Shown: positions 30,406 through 41,129, counted from the stretch's first letter. The stretch: DNA of 64,000 bases from Promethearchaeota archaeon (GCA_016839555.1 JAEOUA010000010.1:64001-128000); one strand, 5' to 3'. The notes: a model not told the origin generated them from the letters alone. Numbers and translations are program-made.

Positions 30406-30600
30406 CTTTATTTTCTTTAATAATAATTTAAATTAATTTAAATATATTCTATTTAAGATAAAATAATTTTTAAAATTGATATAAGCTCTTTTCTTATAAA
30501 TGCATTTATTTTTGATTTAAAAACAGACATAATGATTTAATTTAATTTTTGAATGAAATTTCTCAGAAATAGAAAAAAATAGAAAAAATTTTAAAATTTT

Positions 30601-31158
30601 TTAATAAGATTCTCTTCTAATAGAAAAAAGATGTATTAAAGAGGTAATTATAGTTATTATTGCAGGAATTAATACTAAGTAAAATCCTACACCAGCCTCA
30701 GCGGATGCTAACTTAAGGATTATTGCTATAAAAATATTCAGAATAAAAACGAAGGTAGGGATTTCAGGTTTAATATAATTTTTAAAAATATAAAATTGAA
30801 TAATTGTAATTAATACTAAAACAACTCCAATTATTATAATAAGAATAACCACAGATTTAGCCTCAGTACTAATTAATTGAATTATTCCCAAAATTGATAT
30901 TGCTATTGCTAAAACAAGCATCATATATCCAATTATTGAAGGAGCCAACACTATACTTCCTGCAAGATTCTCTAAATCACTAACATTATTAATTATGGGT
31001 ATTCCAGTCATCTTACCTAATGGAGTTATTTCAATTGATAATAATCCATATATATCGATTTTCCCTATAGGTAAAAATATCCCAAGAAGAGCCAAGCCCC
31101 CTAGAATTATAGAAAAGATACCAGCATATTTATTAAAACCCACTTGTATTTTCACCAT
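30601..31158 (-). CDS. Tetraspan membrane protein, paralog A
   Basis: Four core TM segments; GFY start of the last TM shared with paralogs. Confidence 0.75.
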   Translation of the reverse strand: MVKIQVGFNKYAGIFSIILGGLALLGIFLPIGKIDIYGLLSIEITPLGKMTGIPIINNVSDLENLAGSIVLAPSIIGYMMLVLAIAISILGIIQLISTEAKSVVILIIIIGVVLVLITIIQFYIFKNYIKPEIPTFVFILNIFIAIILKLASAEAGVGFYLVLIPAIITIITSLIHLFSIRRESY

Positions 31159-31782
31159 TTAATTTAAATTTATTGTAAATTAATAGAATTACATTAAATT
31201 TAAAGGTTTTGCGTATTAATATTGAAAAGGATTTAAAAAATTTTATTATTTCTAATTTTCTTGAATTAATTCTCTAATAAAGTTCTAATTATGATAAATT
31301 TTTAGTAAAAAGATTTTTTTAAATGCTTTTTGAATTAATCTTAGTCTTTAGAAATTCTTTTTATCTATTTTTTAGAATAAAACTCAATTCAAAAAACCCT
31401 CAAAAGAATTCTATATAATATTTCTTTACTCTGATTTTATGATTTTATTATTATTGAATTTTTAATTATGTTACTTTCAACCCAAATTCATTAAAGAATA
31501 TTGATTTCTAATTAACTTATTGGAAATTAATTTTTGATATTTTTACAATTAAAGCCTCTGTTTTCGTTTCCTAATAATTTGGATATGGATATCTTTTTCA
31601 ATACGCAAAATAAATCAAATTAAAAGAGATCAATAATAAAAAAAATATAGATTCTATGAATTAATTACAATTATTATTTTTTTAAGATACTTGAAAAAAG
31701 AGGTTTAAAAAAAAAAAAATTAAAATTAAATTTTAGAATTTTTATTATTATTTTTATTATTATTATTTAGTTTTTATAGCGT

Positions 31783-32382
31783 CTAGCCCCTCATCTTTAT
31801 GATTAAAACTATTTCAACGATCAATGCTATGATTGCACCAATAATAATATAATAGAATCCTAAAGCTGCTTTAGTTACCACACCACCCAACATTATTACA
31901 GCCGCAAAGAGCCCTGCGTCACCAGTTAAATCTGCCATTATTATAGAGATTAATATAATCATTGGATCCCCTACTAATGCTGATGGAATTGAAGCCAATA
32001 TGATATATTGAAGGATTATAAGTACTATTAATGCTATACTGACAATTAAAGCAACAATAATAATTTTAGAGTCTTCGTGTAATGCAAATTGCATAGCTCC
32101 TAATGCTATTATCGCAACTGCTAGTCCTGTTATTATGAATCCTATAATTATGGGGATCAAGGCTTGACTAGATAAACCAGTAAGACCTCCTAATCTAGAA
32201 AATCCCAAAAATTGCCCATACCAGTAATCCCCAGTCATTTGACCCGTACAAGTTATCCATATTTCCATGCTGGTAAAAGAAAAGCTACCACTAATAATTT
32301 TAGTTACATTTAAGTATGTACCAACAAGAGCTAATATGCCTCCAATAATAGGGATAAGAGCTAATAATTTTTTAGTTTCCAT
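31783..32382 (-). CDS. Tetraspan membrane protein, paralog B
   Basis: GGILALVG TM1, LGAMQ, QY and LGFY motifs. Confidence 0.75.
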   Translation of the reverse strand: METKKLLALIPIIGGILALVGTYLNVTKIISGSFSFTSMEIWITCTGQMTGDYWYGQFLGFSRLGGLTGLSSQALIPIIIGFIITGLAVAIIALGAMQFALHEDSKIIIVALIVSIALIVLIILQYIILASIPSALVGDPMIILISIIMADLTGDAGLFAAVIMLGGVVTKAALGFYYIIIGAIIALIVEIVLIIKMRG

Positions 32383-32655
32383 TTTATTTCACCATTTTGT
32401 TTAAAAATATTGTGATTTATTATAATTTTTTGTTTATATATAAATATTGCTATTGTATGGAATGAAAAAGATACTCAATCTTATTGCCTTGATAATAATT
32501 TTTAAAGAATTATATTTGGTTTTCAATATCCAATAGAATTTTATAATATAGGTCACCAAAGCCTTATTTTTATTCAATATAAGTAATTTTAAAGTAAGAA
32601 AAACTGGTATGGAAATTAAAAGAAAAAATAGTGTTAGAATTAAAAATGATATTTT

Positions 32656-33210
32656 TTATTTTTTCAATATAAAAATAGCATAAATTGAACTTAATACTAA
32701 AGCAATTCCAGGAAATAATAAGAAATAGAAGCCCACATGTGGTACAAATTTTATAGTTATAAAATAACTTGTAATTCCAAAAATATCAGTTGTATAAATA
32801 TCTAAAACACTCTGGATTAATATATATTCAGCTATAGATAATATAATTAAAGCTCCACTTGAAATAATAGTTATCAATAAAAGGGAAAGTGATTTTGGAT
32901 TTCTTCTTTGTTTGATTCCTAATATTATGATTATTAAAGCAATAACTGCAATTATGTATTCAATAATTACTGGAAAAATTAAAGACCTATATATATCGAT
33001 TTCTTCAAACAGATAAAATGAATTTTTTACATTAACTATGCCTAGTATTTGTAAGGAAATATATATCAATCCAAGCAAAAAATAATAGCCGATTGCCGAT
33101 ATTATTCCTATAAAAGAAGCTTTAGCCATATTCATAGGAATGAATATTGCTATAAGAGTAAATACTCCACCTATAAAGGTTACCATCCAACTTTTTTTAG
33201 AAAAATCCAT
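32656..33210 (-). CDS. Tetraspan membrane protein, paralog C
   Basis: GGVFTLIA TM1, LGIKQ, EY and VGFY motifs. Confidence 0.75.
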   Translation of the reverse strand: MDFSKKSWMVTFIGGVFTLIAIFIPMNMAKASFIGIISAIGYYFLLGLIYISLQILGIVNVKNSFYLFEEIDIYRSLIFPVIIEYIIAVIALIIIILGIKQRRNPKSLSLLLITIISSGALIILSIAEYILIQSVLDIYTTDIFGITSYFITIKFVPHVGFYFLLFPGIALVLSSIYAIFILKK

Positions 33211-33405
33211 TTTAATTTTCCAATTAATTATAAAAGTGCATAATAAATCAAAATAATCTATTAAATATATTTAAATCTTATTTTAAAAAAAGAATAATTT
33301 AAAAATTTTAAACTTAGTACAAAAAGATTTTAAAAAGAGAGTTTTAATATAAAGTTTAATAAGTTATATAGCAAAATTAAGTTGATTTATTAAATATTCA
33401 ATCTT

Positions 33406-34419
33406 TTAGTGGATGTATCCTCTTAATTTCTGAATGTTTATTAAATCATTTAAAATTGCTGCTGCTGCTTCTTTTGCACCTGCACCTCGTCCCATAAGTA
33501 TTATTGGACCAGCATATTTCGTTTGAATCTCTATGACATTTAAAGTCCCATTAATATCTAAAGAAGAATTTTTTTCAATTAAGCGGGGTTCTACTAATAA
33601 AGAGTTATTCTTATAGATAGCTAAATGTTTTATCACATAACCATCTGATTTAGCAAGTTTTATGGCTTGAGGAGTGATATCAGAAATTCCTCTTATTTTT
33701 ACATCTTTAATTGTTAAAGATAAATCAAATAATTCATTTACCAAAATTACTAATTTTCCAGCTGCATCAAAACCTTCAATATCTAAAGTAGGATCGGCTT
33801 CAGCATAGCCCAATTCTTGGGCCTCTTTAAGAGCTAGTGAAAACTCAACTCCTTCAGAGGTCATTCTTGACAAAATATAATTAGAAGTGCCATTGAGAAT
33901 AGATTTAATCCCAATTATTTCATTTGCGATTAAATCATTTTTAATAGCTAGTGCTGGAACGCACGAAGCAACAGTGGCATCATACTTTATGTAGCACTTA
34001 TTTTTTTCTGCAAGTTCATGGAGCTCCCTATATTTAAGATAAAATGGACCTTTATTAGAGGATACAACGTCAAATCCATTATTAAGTGCCTCAATAATAT
34101 GGCTTAAAGCGGGCTCACCAGTATCAGGATTTGTGGGGGTTGTCTCGATACATGTTTCAATATCTAATTTTGATAAATAATTAAGAGCTTTTACATTTTT
34201 TTCCCAATCTTCAAGTTTTCTAAAATTTTCCCCAATATCAAATATTTTTGCAAGATCTAATCCATTATTATTAATTAATGCTCCATCATATTCAAATATT
34301 GCAATAATTCTAAAATTTAATCCAAATTTAGTTTTTAGTATTTCTTGCTTTTTTTGAAGTAATTTTAGAAATTGCGTCCCTACATTTCCTTTACCAATTA
34401 AGCATAAATTTCGTTCCAA
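33406..34419 (-). CDS. hom: Homoserine dehydrogenase
   Basis: GKGNVG, SNKGP, ILNGTSNYIL, GYAEADPTLDIEGFDAAGK, GRGAG. Confidence 0.95.
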   Translation of the reverse strand: MERNLCLIGKGNVGTQFLKLLQKKQEILKTKFGLNFRIIAIFEYDGALINNNGLDLAKIFDIGENFRKLEDWEKNVKALNYLSKLDIETCIETTPTNPDTGEPALSHIIEALNNGFDVVSSNKGPFYLKYRELHELAEKNKCYIKYDATVASCVPALAIKNDLIANEIIGIKSILNGTSNYILSRMTSEGVEFSLALKEAQELGYAEADPTLDIEGFDAAGKLVILVNELFDLSLTIKDVKIRGISDITPQAIKLAKSDGYVIKHLAIYKNNSLLVEPRLIEKNSSLDINGTLNVIEIQTKYAGPIILMGRGAGAKEAAAAILNDLINIQKLRGYIH

Positions 34420-34515
34420 GGGTTATAACATCTAAAATTTAATTTATAATTTTTATCAATTTCTATAAAGTATAAAATAATGCTTATTTTATTGAACTAA
34501 TCAAAAATAGCTATT

Positions 34516-35046
34516 TCATGAGCGGAGCAATATTAAATTTTTTTCTTTACATATATCGTTTAATTCTTCAAACACTTTCTTTTTGGTTATAGTTTCTGAA
34601 ATATTCAATTTTAACCTAACATTAGAAATTTCATTCATCTCTGTGAAAATAGCGTGTAATTCTGAGACTTTTATTCCCTTTGATGCTAACCGATCAATAG
34701 TATCAACAACATCAGTATCGAATACATGCCCTGATAAAATAACCATTATCTGCTGTCTTTCCGCCCCAAGGATTATATTGTCAATTTGAATTCTTTTTTC
34801 TTGGAGTTCCTTTTTAATATTTCTTAAGCTAGCTTCATGTAATCCTTCAGGGAGTTCAAATGAAACACTCACAGGTATCATATCATCGGTTTTTTTATCA
34901 TGATGATGTAACACGGCGAATATATTCCCACCATTATTAGATATAGGCTTAATTAATTCTATCAAACTCCCGGGAGTATCAGGAATTCTCACCATAAGTG
35001 AGATCATTTCTTTTAGGAGTTTATTGTTCGGATATTGATTTTGCAT
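34516..35046 (-). CDS. Tandem ACT-domain protein (homoserine dehydrogenase-associated, COG2061-like)
   Basis: PDTPGSL...PIS..GGNIF..H; GHVFDTD..DTIDR; upstream of hom. Confidence 0.85.
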   Translation of the reverse strand: MQNQYPNNKLLKEMISLMVRIPDTPGSLIELIKPISNNGGNIFAVLHHHDKKTDDMIPVSVSFELPEGLHEASLRNIKKELQEKRIQIDNIILGAERQQIMVILSGHVFDTDVVDTIDRLASKGIKVSELHAIFTEMNEISNVRLKLNISETITKKKVFEELNDICKEKNLILLRS

Positions 35047-35303
35047 GAAGATTATATAATTAATTTGTTAGACTAATTTTATTATGATTTATTAATATAA
35101 TATTTGCTAAAATTTAATTTATTTCTTAAAAGAACAAAAAAATCCAAGGTTCAATTCTCATTCGAAGAATGAATCAATATTTAAAGATATAATTCTGAGA
35201 AAAAAACCGATCTTTTACAATAATTATTGATTTTATAGATAAGAATAATAAAAAAAAGAATAATTTTATTAATTTTAGATAGTATTTCTCTTATTTCTAC
35301 TTA

Positions 35304-35948
35304 TCAGTCTTTTTTAATGAGAGATAATAGAGATATGATCGTTATTATACTTCCAGATATTAAAATTATATAGAACCCAAGGGTAACTTCAGCACTGATC
35401 TCCATAAATAGAATGATAATCGGAATAGAAGAGAATAAATCCCACGGAAATAGCCAATCTATAAAAAAACCTCCGATTAAATAAAAAAGTTTTACTGTTT
35501 CAAGGATTTCATTTTTGAATGTATAATATTCTATAATAGGTAAAAGTATTAGTGCAACTCCAAAAATTAATGTTAACACTACTATTATAACAGATATTCT
35601 GTCCGTTACTTCTAAAATTCCTATTAATACTACAGCTACTCCTAAAATGAGAATTAATATTGAAAATACTGAATGAGTTGATGATAAAGCAATATTAGTA
35701 AAGATGTTAGAAAATAGTTCATTGAGTATGAAATCATAGAGGAGATAATTTAATAATATATCAGGAGGATAGAAATCCCATAAAGTACACTTGAGTTCAC
35801 CAAATAACGGTATATATTCCACATTTATACCTGCGAGAAGAAAACTGATTGTTCCTTTTGAAATGGTTAGGAAAGAGCCTATTACCGCAACAGCACCTAA
35901 AATTATCATAAAAACTCCTATAAATCGAGCATATTTTTTTAATGTCAT
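35304..35948 (-). CDS. Tetraspan membrane protein, paralog D
   Basis: LGAVAVIG TM1, IGILE, EYY and LGFY motifs; closest to paralog A. Confidence 0.75.
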   Translation of the reverse strand: MTLKKYARFIGVFMIILGAVAVIGSFLTISKGTISFLLAGINVEYIPLFGELKCTLWDFYPPDILLNYLLYDFILNELFSNIFTNIALSSTHSVFSILILILGVAVVLIGILEVTDRISVIIVVLTLIFGVALILLPIIEYYTFKNEILETVKLFYLIGGFFIDWLFPWDLFSSIPIIILFMEISAEVTLGFYIILISGSIITIISLLSLIKKD

Positions 35949-36135
35949 TTTTTTTAACGCTCCTATTATATCTTAAAGATGTATAAAATTTAACTAGTAT
36001 TTTATTTAAAGTTTATTCTTGAATAAATTAATAGTAATAATATCTTTTATTTCGAAAAATTTCTAAATACTCAATATTTTAGAATTAATACTAATACAAA
36101 TTATAGAAATAGTAAAATCTAATTTTTAATAAATT

Positions 36136-36480
36136 TTATTGAAATAAACCTTCAGGAGGTATACGCTCTCCGCACTCTGGGCAGAAAGTCAGATTTTTTG
36201 GGATTTTCTTATGACATTTTGGACATTGTATTTTATCGGAGGGTAATCCCTCAACTTCTTCATAAGATACAGCTTCAGCAGAATCAGAAGTTCCCGTTCC
36301 TGATATTTTTTGTGGTTTATATTTAATTATTAAGAGTGCCAAAATCGAAAGAAGAACAATGGGAATTGAAATCAAAATTGCAATATAAGGAATACCTAAT
36401 AACGTTAATAGAATTAGTAGAAGTATAATTATCATTAATGAGAATCCAATAATCAAACCTGAAACTTTTTTTTTATTCAC
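36136..36480 (-). CDS. 2-TM membrane protein with C-terminal zinc ribbon
   Basis: Hydrophobic hairpin; CPKC...FCPECG. Confidence 0.8.
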   Translation of the reverse strand: MNKKKVSGLIIGFSLMIIILLLILLTLLGIPYIAILISIPIVLLSILALLIIKYKPQKISGTGTSDSAEAVSYEEVEGLPSDKIQCPKCHKKIPKNLTFCPECGERIPPEGLFQ

Positions 36481-36501
36481 TATGTTAATTCACGCATTTA
36501 T

Positions 36502-37461
36502 TTAAAATTTCATGACATCAACAGAATCTATACCATCATTTAATCTCAAAAGATTTTTTTCATTTATAATTTTTCCTATAACATTTGCTGTCAATCCATG
36601 GTCTTTGAAAATGTTAATAATAGGTTCACAATTATGATCTGGAGCAGTTACTATAAAGGAGGTAGTTAAATACATCTTGGAATATGTTATTAAATCATAA
36701 TCGGCTTCATTTAAGATGGGTGGGATATGTATTTTATTAATATTAATAGTTGCTCCCACCTTAGAATATTTAATTAATTGAAAGATAGAACCAAAGATTC
36801 CACCATTAGAAATATCCTTGGAGGACGTAGCAATCTTTTTCTCTGCAATGACATTCATAGCTTTTCTTCTTCTCAGTACTTCTTCTGAACTTTTAAAAGT
36901 TGTGGTATCAAAAAAATATTTGCTTGCTTTACCTATTCTTCCATTAAAATCTACAGCTAAAATAATATTATCATTAATTTGAGCTCCTCCTGCCGAAATA
37001 TAATGATTTTTACTAATCTCACCGATCATCGTAGAACTTAACTCGTAACATGTACCATTAGTATTCGTATGCCCTCTTATTATCGGTACCTTAAATTTAT
37101 TTGATCCATAACAAATACCTTTTAATATCTGATTTCCTATCTTCTTTTTCTTGAAAGAAAGTATAATACTCGCTCCAAGAGGTTTACCTCCACAAGCATA
37201 GATATCATCAACACTAACAAGAATACTACTGAATCCCGCACCGAAAGGATAATTTTCCACAAAAAAAGTAATTATTCTATCTGTTGTTATTAAAATATAT
37301 TTATCTCCATCCCGAACAGCAGCAGAATCTTCTCCCATGTCGGAAAAAATTCTTTCTGTTTTAAAACTATTTTCTTTTATAAATTGAATTATAGGACTTA
37401 TTTCCTTTTTTTGAATTACATTCTCATTATTTCGAATAGATTCTGCTAACCTTTTCAACAT
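36502..37461 (-). CDS. AIR-synthase (PurM/ThiL/HypE)-related protein, sll0787/marker-2-like
   Basis: GEDSAAV, DDIYACGGKP, RGHT, KDISNGG motifs. Confidence 0.8.
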   Translation of the reverse strand: MLKRLAESIRNNENVIQKKEISPIIQFIKENSFKTERIFSDMGEDSAAVRDGDKYILITTDRIITFFVENYPFGAGFSSILVSVDDIYACGGKPLGASIILSFKKKKIGNQILKGICYGSNKFKVPIIRGHTNTNGTCYELSSTMIGEISKNHYISAGGAQINDNIILAVDFNGRIGKASKYFFDTTTFKSSEEVLRRRKAMNVIAEKKIATSSKDISNGGIFGSIFQLIKYSKVGATININKIHIPPILNEADYDLITYSKMYLTTSFIVTAPDHNCEPIINIFKDHGLTANVIGKIINEKNLLRLNDGIDSVDVMKF

Positions 37462-37621
37462 ATAATATTATAAGAAAGTTTTATTATTATAAGAATGTTT
37501 TATTTTCATAATAACCTTCTTACAAAATTTTAATCTGAAATAAATATTTAATAGACTCAATAAATAATCATCCTAATAATATATTCATTAAAATTAAGAT
37601 TAATAAAAATTTCTCAAAGCT

Positions 37622-39091
37622 ATGGAAAAATTATTTGAAACTTCAATTATTAAGGGGTTTGTTTTGTCCTACTCGCATACAGAAAAAGGACCAGAATTAA
37701 TATACACGTTTCCTTATTACAAAAAACAAGAAGCTAAGAGTAATGAAGATAGTAATATAAATGAAAGAAATGAAATAATCCTTACTCAGCAAGAGTTTAT
37801 GAAGATCACGATTAAAAATTTATCACTAGTCCTCACTGATGAAATTATTTCCTCTGAAGGTGAAGAAAAACCACAATATTTTTGCATTATTCCGTTTCCA
37901 GATTTCTTTCTTACGGCAATAACTTATTATCATTATATTAATGGAAATGTAATCGCTTTTTCCGTGCTTGTTCATGAGAATGATAGAAATTTTTTGTATA
38001 AAAATCATAATGGGATTAAGAAAATTATAATTGAGTTTTTTAAGAAATTTGATAAAATTCTGGCACAGAATTTTATATCACAAGAAGAAGCACACCCCTA
38101 TTTTGAAAACCTTTTGATACAATTAAAAGAATTAGAAAATCAGAAATTAGATCCAGCAATAGCCGATAGAAAAATGAAAATAATATTAGCTGGATTAGAC
38201 GATTCCGGAAAAACTAGCTTTCTTTTAACCGTTGATCGCAAATTTTCAAAATTAATGAATATAAAACCTACAGCTGGGGCTAAAGTACAATCTATCCAAG
38301 CTTTAGGGGCGACACTCTTTATCTGGGATCTTGGAGGTCAGAGAAAATACCTAGCTAAATATTTAACTAAATCAAGTATTTATTTATATGAATCTGATTT
38401 AATCTTTTATTTTATTGATATTAAAAATAGAGAAAGGTTTGATGAAAGCCTTGATTATTTAAGGAGAATTCATAAAATACTGTATAAAGAGTTAAACCAA
38501 GACACTCCTATAGTCTATATTTTTTCTAAAGGAGATATTGATATAATAGACACAAGGGAAATAAAACAAAATATTAAATATCTCAAATTCAAGATCAAAG
38601 ATATTATAAATAAAAAAAAATTTAGAACTCATGTCACCAGTATCTTCGAAATTACAACTGTTCTACGAGCTTTTTCTGAAGGAATAAAGAAATTAAGTTT
38701 TAACCGAAAATTGATAAATTATAACTTAAAAAAATTCTCGAGAAAAATAAATGCCTATATTACTTTACTTTTGAGTAATGATGGATTAATTCTATCAAAT
38801 TATTATTCTACGCAAATAAAACCAAAAGAAATAATACAAGATGTACTAGAAATTACGGCTCCTCAATTCACTATTATATATAAAATATTTTATAAATTTA
38901 AAGCCCTTAATAAAGAACAGGCGATATTTGAAGTAGCAAATTCAATATTTCTTATCAAAAGAACTAAGATTTTAGGACAAGATATTTTTATATTATTCGT
39001 CCTTAACAATTTAAACAAACAAAATAAAATAAATATATTATTACCTGAGTTTTTAGATCGGATTAAAAGTTTACTTACCACATATATATAA
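37622..39091 (+). CDS. FLCN/NPRL2-like longin + Rag/Arf-like GTPase + roadblock fusion (Arg-finger loop absent)
   Basis: GLDDSGKTS, PTAG, WDLGGQ, SKGD, VTSIFE; shares YF.IIPFPD, NFLY.N, YLY..DL.F.FIDI and EI.AP.F with 17144-18601. Confidence 0.85.
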   Translation: MEKLFETSIIKGFVLSYSHTEKGPELIYTFPYYKKQEAKSNEDSNINERNEIILTQQEFMKITIKNLSLVLTDEIISSEGEEKPQYFCIIPFPDFFLTAITYYHYINGNVIAFSVLVHENDRNFLYKNHNGIKKIIIEFFKKFDKILAQNFISQEEAHPYFENLLIQLKELENQKLDPAIADRKMKIILAGLDDSGKTSFLLTVDRKFSKLMNIKPTAGAKVQSIQALGATLFIWDLGGQRKYLAKYLTKSSIYLYESDLIFYFIDIKNRERFDESLDYLRRIHKILYKELNQDTPIVYIFSKGDIDIIDTREIKQNIKYLKFKIKDIINKKKFRTHVTSIFEITTVLRAFSEGIKKLSFNRKLINYNLKKFSRKINAYITLLLSNDGLILSNYYSTQIKPKEIIQDVLEITAPQFTIIYKIFYKFKALNKEQAIFEVANSIFLIKRTKILGQDIFILFVLNNLNKQNKINILLPEFLDRIKSLLTTYI

Positions 39092-39127
39092 TATTAAAAT
39101 AGTCTTTTCCTTAAAAAAATTCAAAAT

Positions 39128-40033
39128 TTAAAATATCTTCTTTAAAGGATTCCTATCCGATAATTTTTTTCTTAAAACTCTTTTTCTATAATACGACTTC
39201 ATTCCAGAGATTAATGCTAGCGAAGGAATGACGCATTGAGCAAATTTAATAGGACCAAAAAGAACAAAATCACCTCCAGCATCAATACAATTTACCATAA
39301 TTGATGAAATGGCGCCACAACGTACTTCATCTCCATATTTTTTGATATATTCCCAGCCATATATCGCATTCGAAGGAGCATAACCCGTAGGAAAACCCGT
39401 TTCTCTTTTAATCAATGATGTAGCCTCAGCATTAAAGCTTATCGAGGGAAGATCTAAAACTGCTGTATCTACAATTAAATTATCAATCCCAGCCTTCTTA
39501 GCCTTTGGTATTAATATATCTTTAAGAAATTTTAATTTTTGTTCAGGATATATTGCTTTCATTCCAAATGTTAATAACACTGAATTCTTAATTCCAATCT
39601 GCTTTAGTTTTTCGCAAGACTCTTCGGTAGTATTCTCATCAATACTATTTAAAATAGCTCGATTTAATAAACCAATTTCTTTTAGCCCTTTCAAGGCGGG
39701 AATTCTAATCTCATCATTTAATCCATCTACTAAAAATGGTATATCAACCAAATCCGCTATATATACACATTCTTTTATTAACGCTTCTGGATAAGCACCA
39801 ACAATATCAATTATTGCTTGTATATTATTATCATCTACAATACTCATAAAATCATTTACTTCTTGTTCAACAAGATCTTTGTCAAATTCTCCTGTTTTTT
39901 CATTTTTTAATGCAGGATGTTTTGAATAAAAGACAGAACCAATTGCAGCCGGAGGATACTCTCCGGGTTGTCCTCCAAGCTTAATATTCCCAATTTCTAT
40001 AATTTTTTGCTCTTTTTCAAAAAGAAAGACCAT
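39128..40033 (-). CDS. mtrH: MtrH/MtgA-like pterin:corrinoid methyltransferase (stand-alone)
   Basis: FEKEQK...GGQPGEYP...GSVFY, FLVDG, ILNSI, VDTAV, GGDFVLFGPI. Confidence 0.88.
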   Translation of the reverse strand: MVFLFEKEQKIIEIGNIKLGGQPGEYPPAAIGSVFYSKHPALKNEKTGEFDKDLVEQEVNDFMSIVDDNNIQAIIDIVGAYPEALIKECVYIADLVDIPFLVDGLNDEIRIPALKGLKEIGLLNRAILNSIDENTTEESCEKLKQIGIKNSVLLTFGMKAIYPEQKLKFLKDILIPKAKKAGIDNLIVDTAVLDLPSISFNAEATSLIKRETGFPTGYAPSNAIYGWEYIKKYGDEVRCGAISSIMVNCIDAGGDFVLFGPIKFAQCVIPSLALISGMKSYYRKRVLRKKLSDRNPLKKIF

Positions 40034-40178
40034 ATGATAACCATTTTTTAAAAATTTGAGTTATATTATCATTGGAATTATTAAATTTAATCTTAATTAA
40101 TTTACAGATAATAATTAAAGGAATTTTAAACTAAAGATATATTCATTATAATTTAATTTCAAAAAAAAGATAATGTTC

Positions 40179-40856
40179 TTATGATTCTGTTAAGGAGATA
40201 GGCACCTTATCTTTAGGAGGTGCTTTTCCATCTCCATAAATCTGATACATAACGGCCCTTCTAGAGCATTCATAAAAACTCTCATAAATATTCATCTGCT
40301 TATCATAAAGAGCACAAGTATGAAATATCTTAGGATTCCATATAGAAAGATCATGATTGGAATTGTACCATAATTTTTCTTCCTTAAGGACTTTTTTGAA
40401 ATCCTCTGCTTTTATTGTCAAACTTAAATCTTGTTTATTCAACATAACAACTAGGGGAATCTCTTTAATCAGCTTATCATATGCTATTGTTTTTAATTCT
40501 TTTAGAAATTCAATGTTATCTTCAATACATTTTTGCTGAGAATCAACTACAAAAAGAATTCCATCTGTTTGCTCATAAACCCGCTTACGTAATTTTGAAT
40601 AGCTTTTTTGACCAGCAACGGTATATATCAAATAATAAACCTTATTTTGTTTTTTAGATTGAAAAAGTCCTTTATCATACAATAAGGTTGCGCCACTACT
40701 GCTTTCTATTTTTGTTAAATTTTCCGTAGGGACGATATTTTTATTCTCTTCTTTTGTTAATTTATATAAGGTGTCTAATATAGTAGTTTTTCCCGATGCG
40801 TACATTCCAAAATAGAGGATCTTTATGTAGATCTTATCCCCATCGATTTTTACCAT
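40179..40856 (-). CDS. MglA-like small GTPase
   Basis: KILYFG..ASGKTT, TLLYD, YTVAGQ, DGILFVVDS, NKQD. Confidence 0.85.
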   Translation of the reverse strand: MVKIDGDKIYIKILYFGMYASGKTTILDTLYKLTKEENKNIVPTENLTKIESSSGATLLYDKGLFQSKKQNKVYYLIYTVAGQKSYSKLRKRVYEQTDGILFVVDSQQKCIEDNIEFLKELKTIAYDKLIKEIPLVVMLNKQDLSLTIKAEDFKKVLKEEKLWYNSNHDLSIWNPKIFHTCALYDKQMNIYESFYECSRRAVMYQIYGDGKAPPKDKVPISLTES

Positions 40857-41129
40857 GAGTGGTTAACCTAATTCATTTTTTATATTATTCGATAAATCTA
40901 TTCTTTTTACATCGGTTTTGTTATATTAATTAAATAAAGGGTCCCTTTTATAAAAATGATTGAAATTTTTTTTTTATTTTGTTAGGTGAATCTTTTAATT
41001 AATATATATTTACCACCATACTTAAAAAATTGTTTATATTATTATAAAAATCTTTTTTGTTTGATTTATAAGAAAATTATTTTAATTATTTAGGTTCTCT
41101 GTTTTTTTTAAAAAAAGTTTATTAAGGGA

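Noticed and set aside
30496-30509. Perfect palindrome ATAAATGCATTTAT upstream of the LOG-family gene
   Set aside because: Single, almost all-AT instance; plausible by chance at this composition
31159-31782. Long intergenic region as a possible ncRNA or mobile-element scar
   Set aside because: Extremely AT-rich, with no GC-rich stems, terminal inverted repeats or credible ORF seen
34516-35046. CASTOR-like amino-acid sensor for the Rag GTPases
   Set aside because: Sequence and position match the common archaeal hom-associated ACT protein, and nothing specific links it to CASTOR
36502-37461. Possible selenophosphate synthetase SelD
   Set aside because: No N-terminal Cys/Sec-x-x-Lys motif; fits the sll0787/marker-2-like PurM-fold group better
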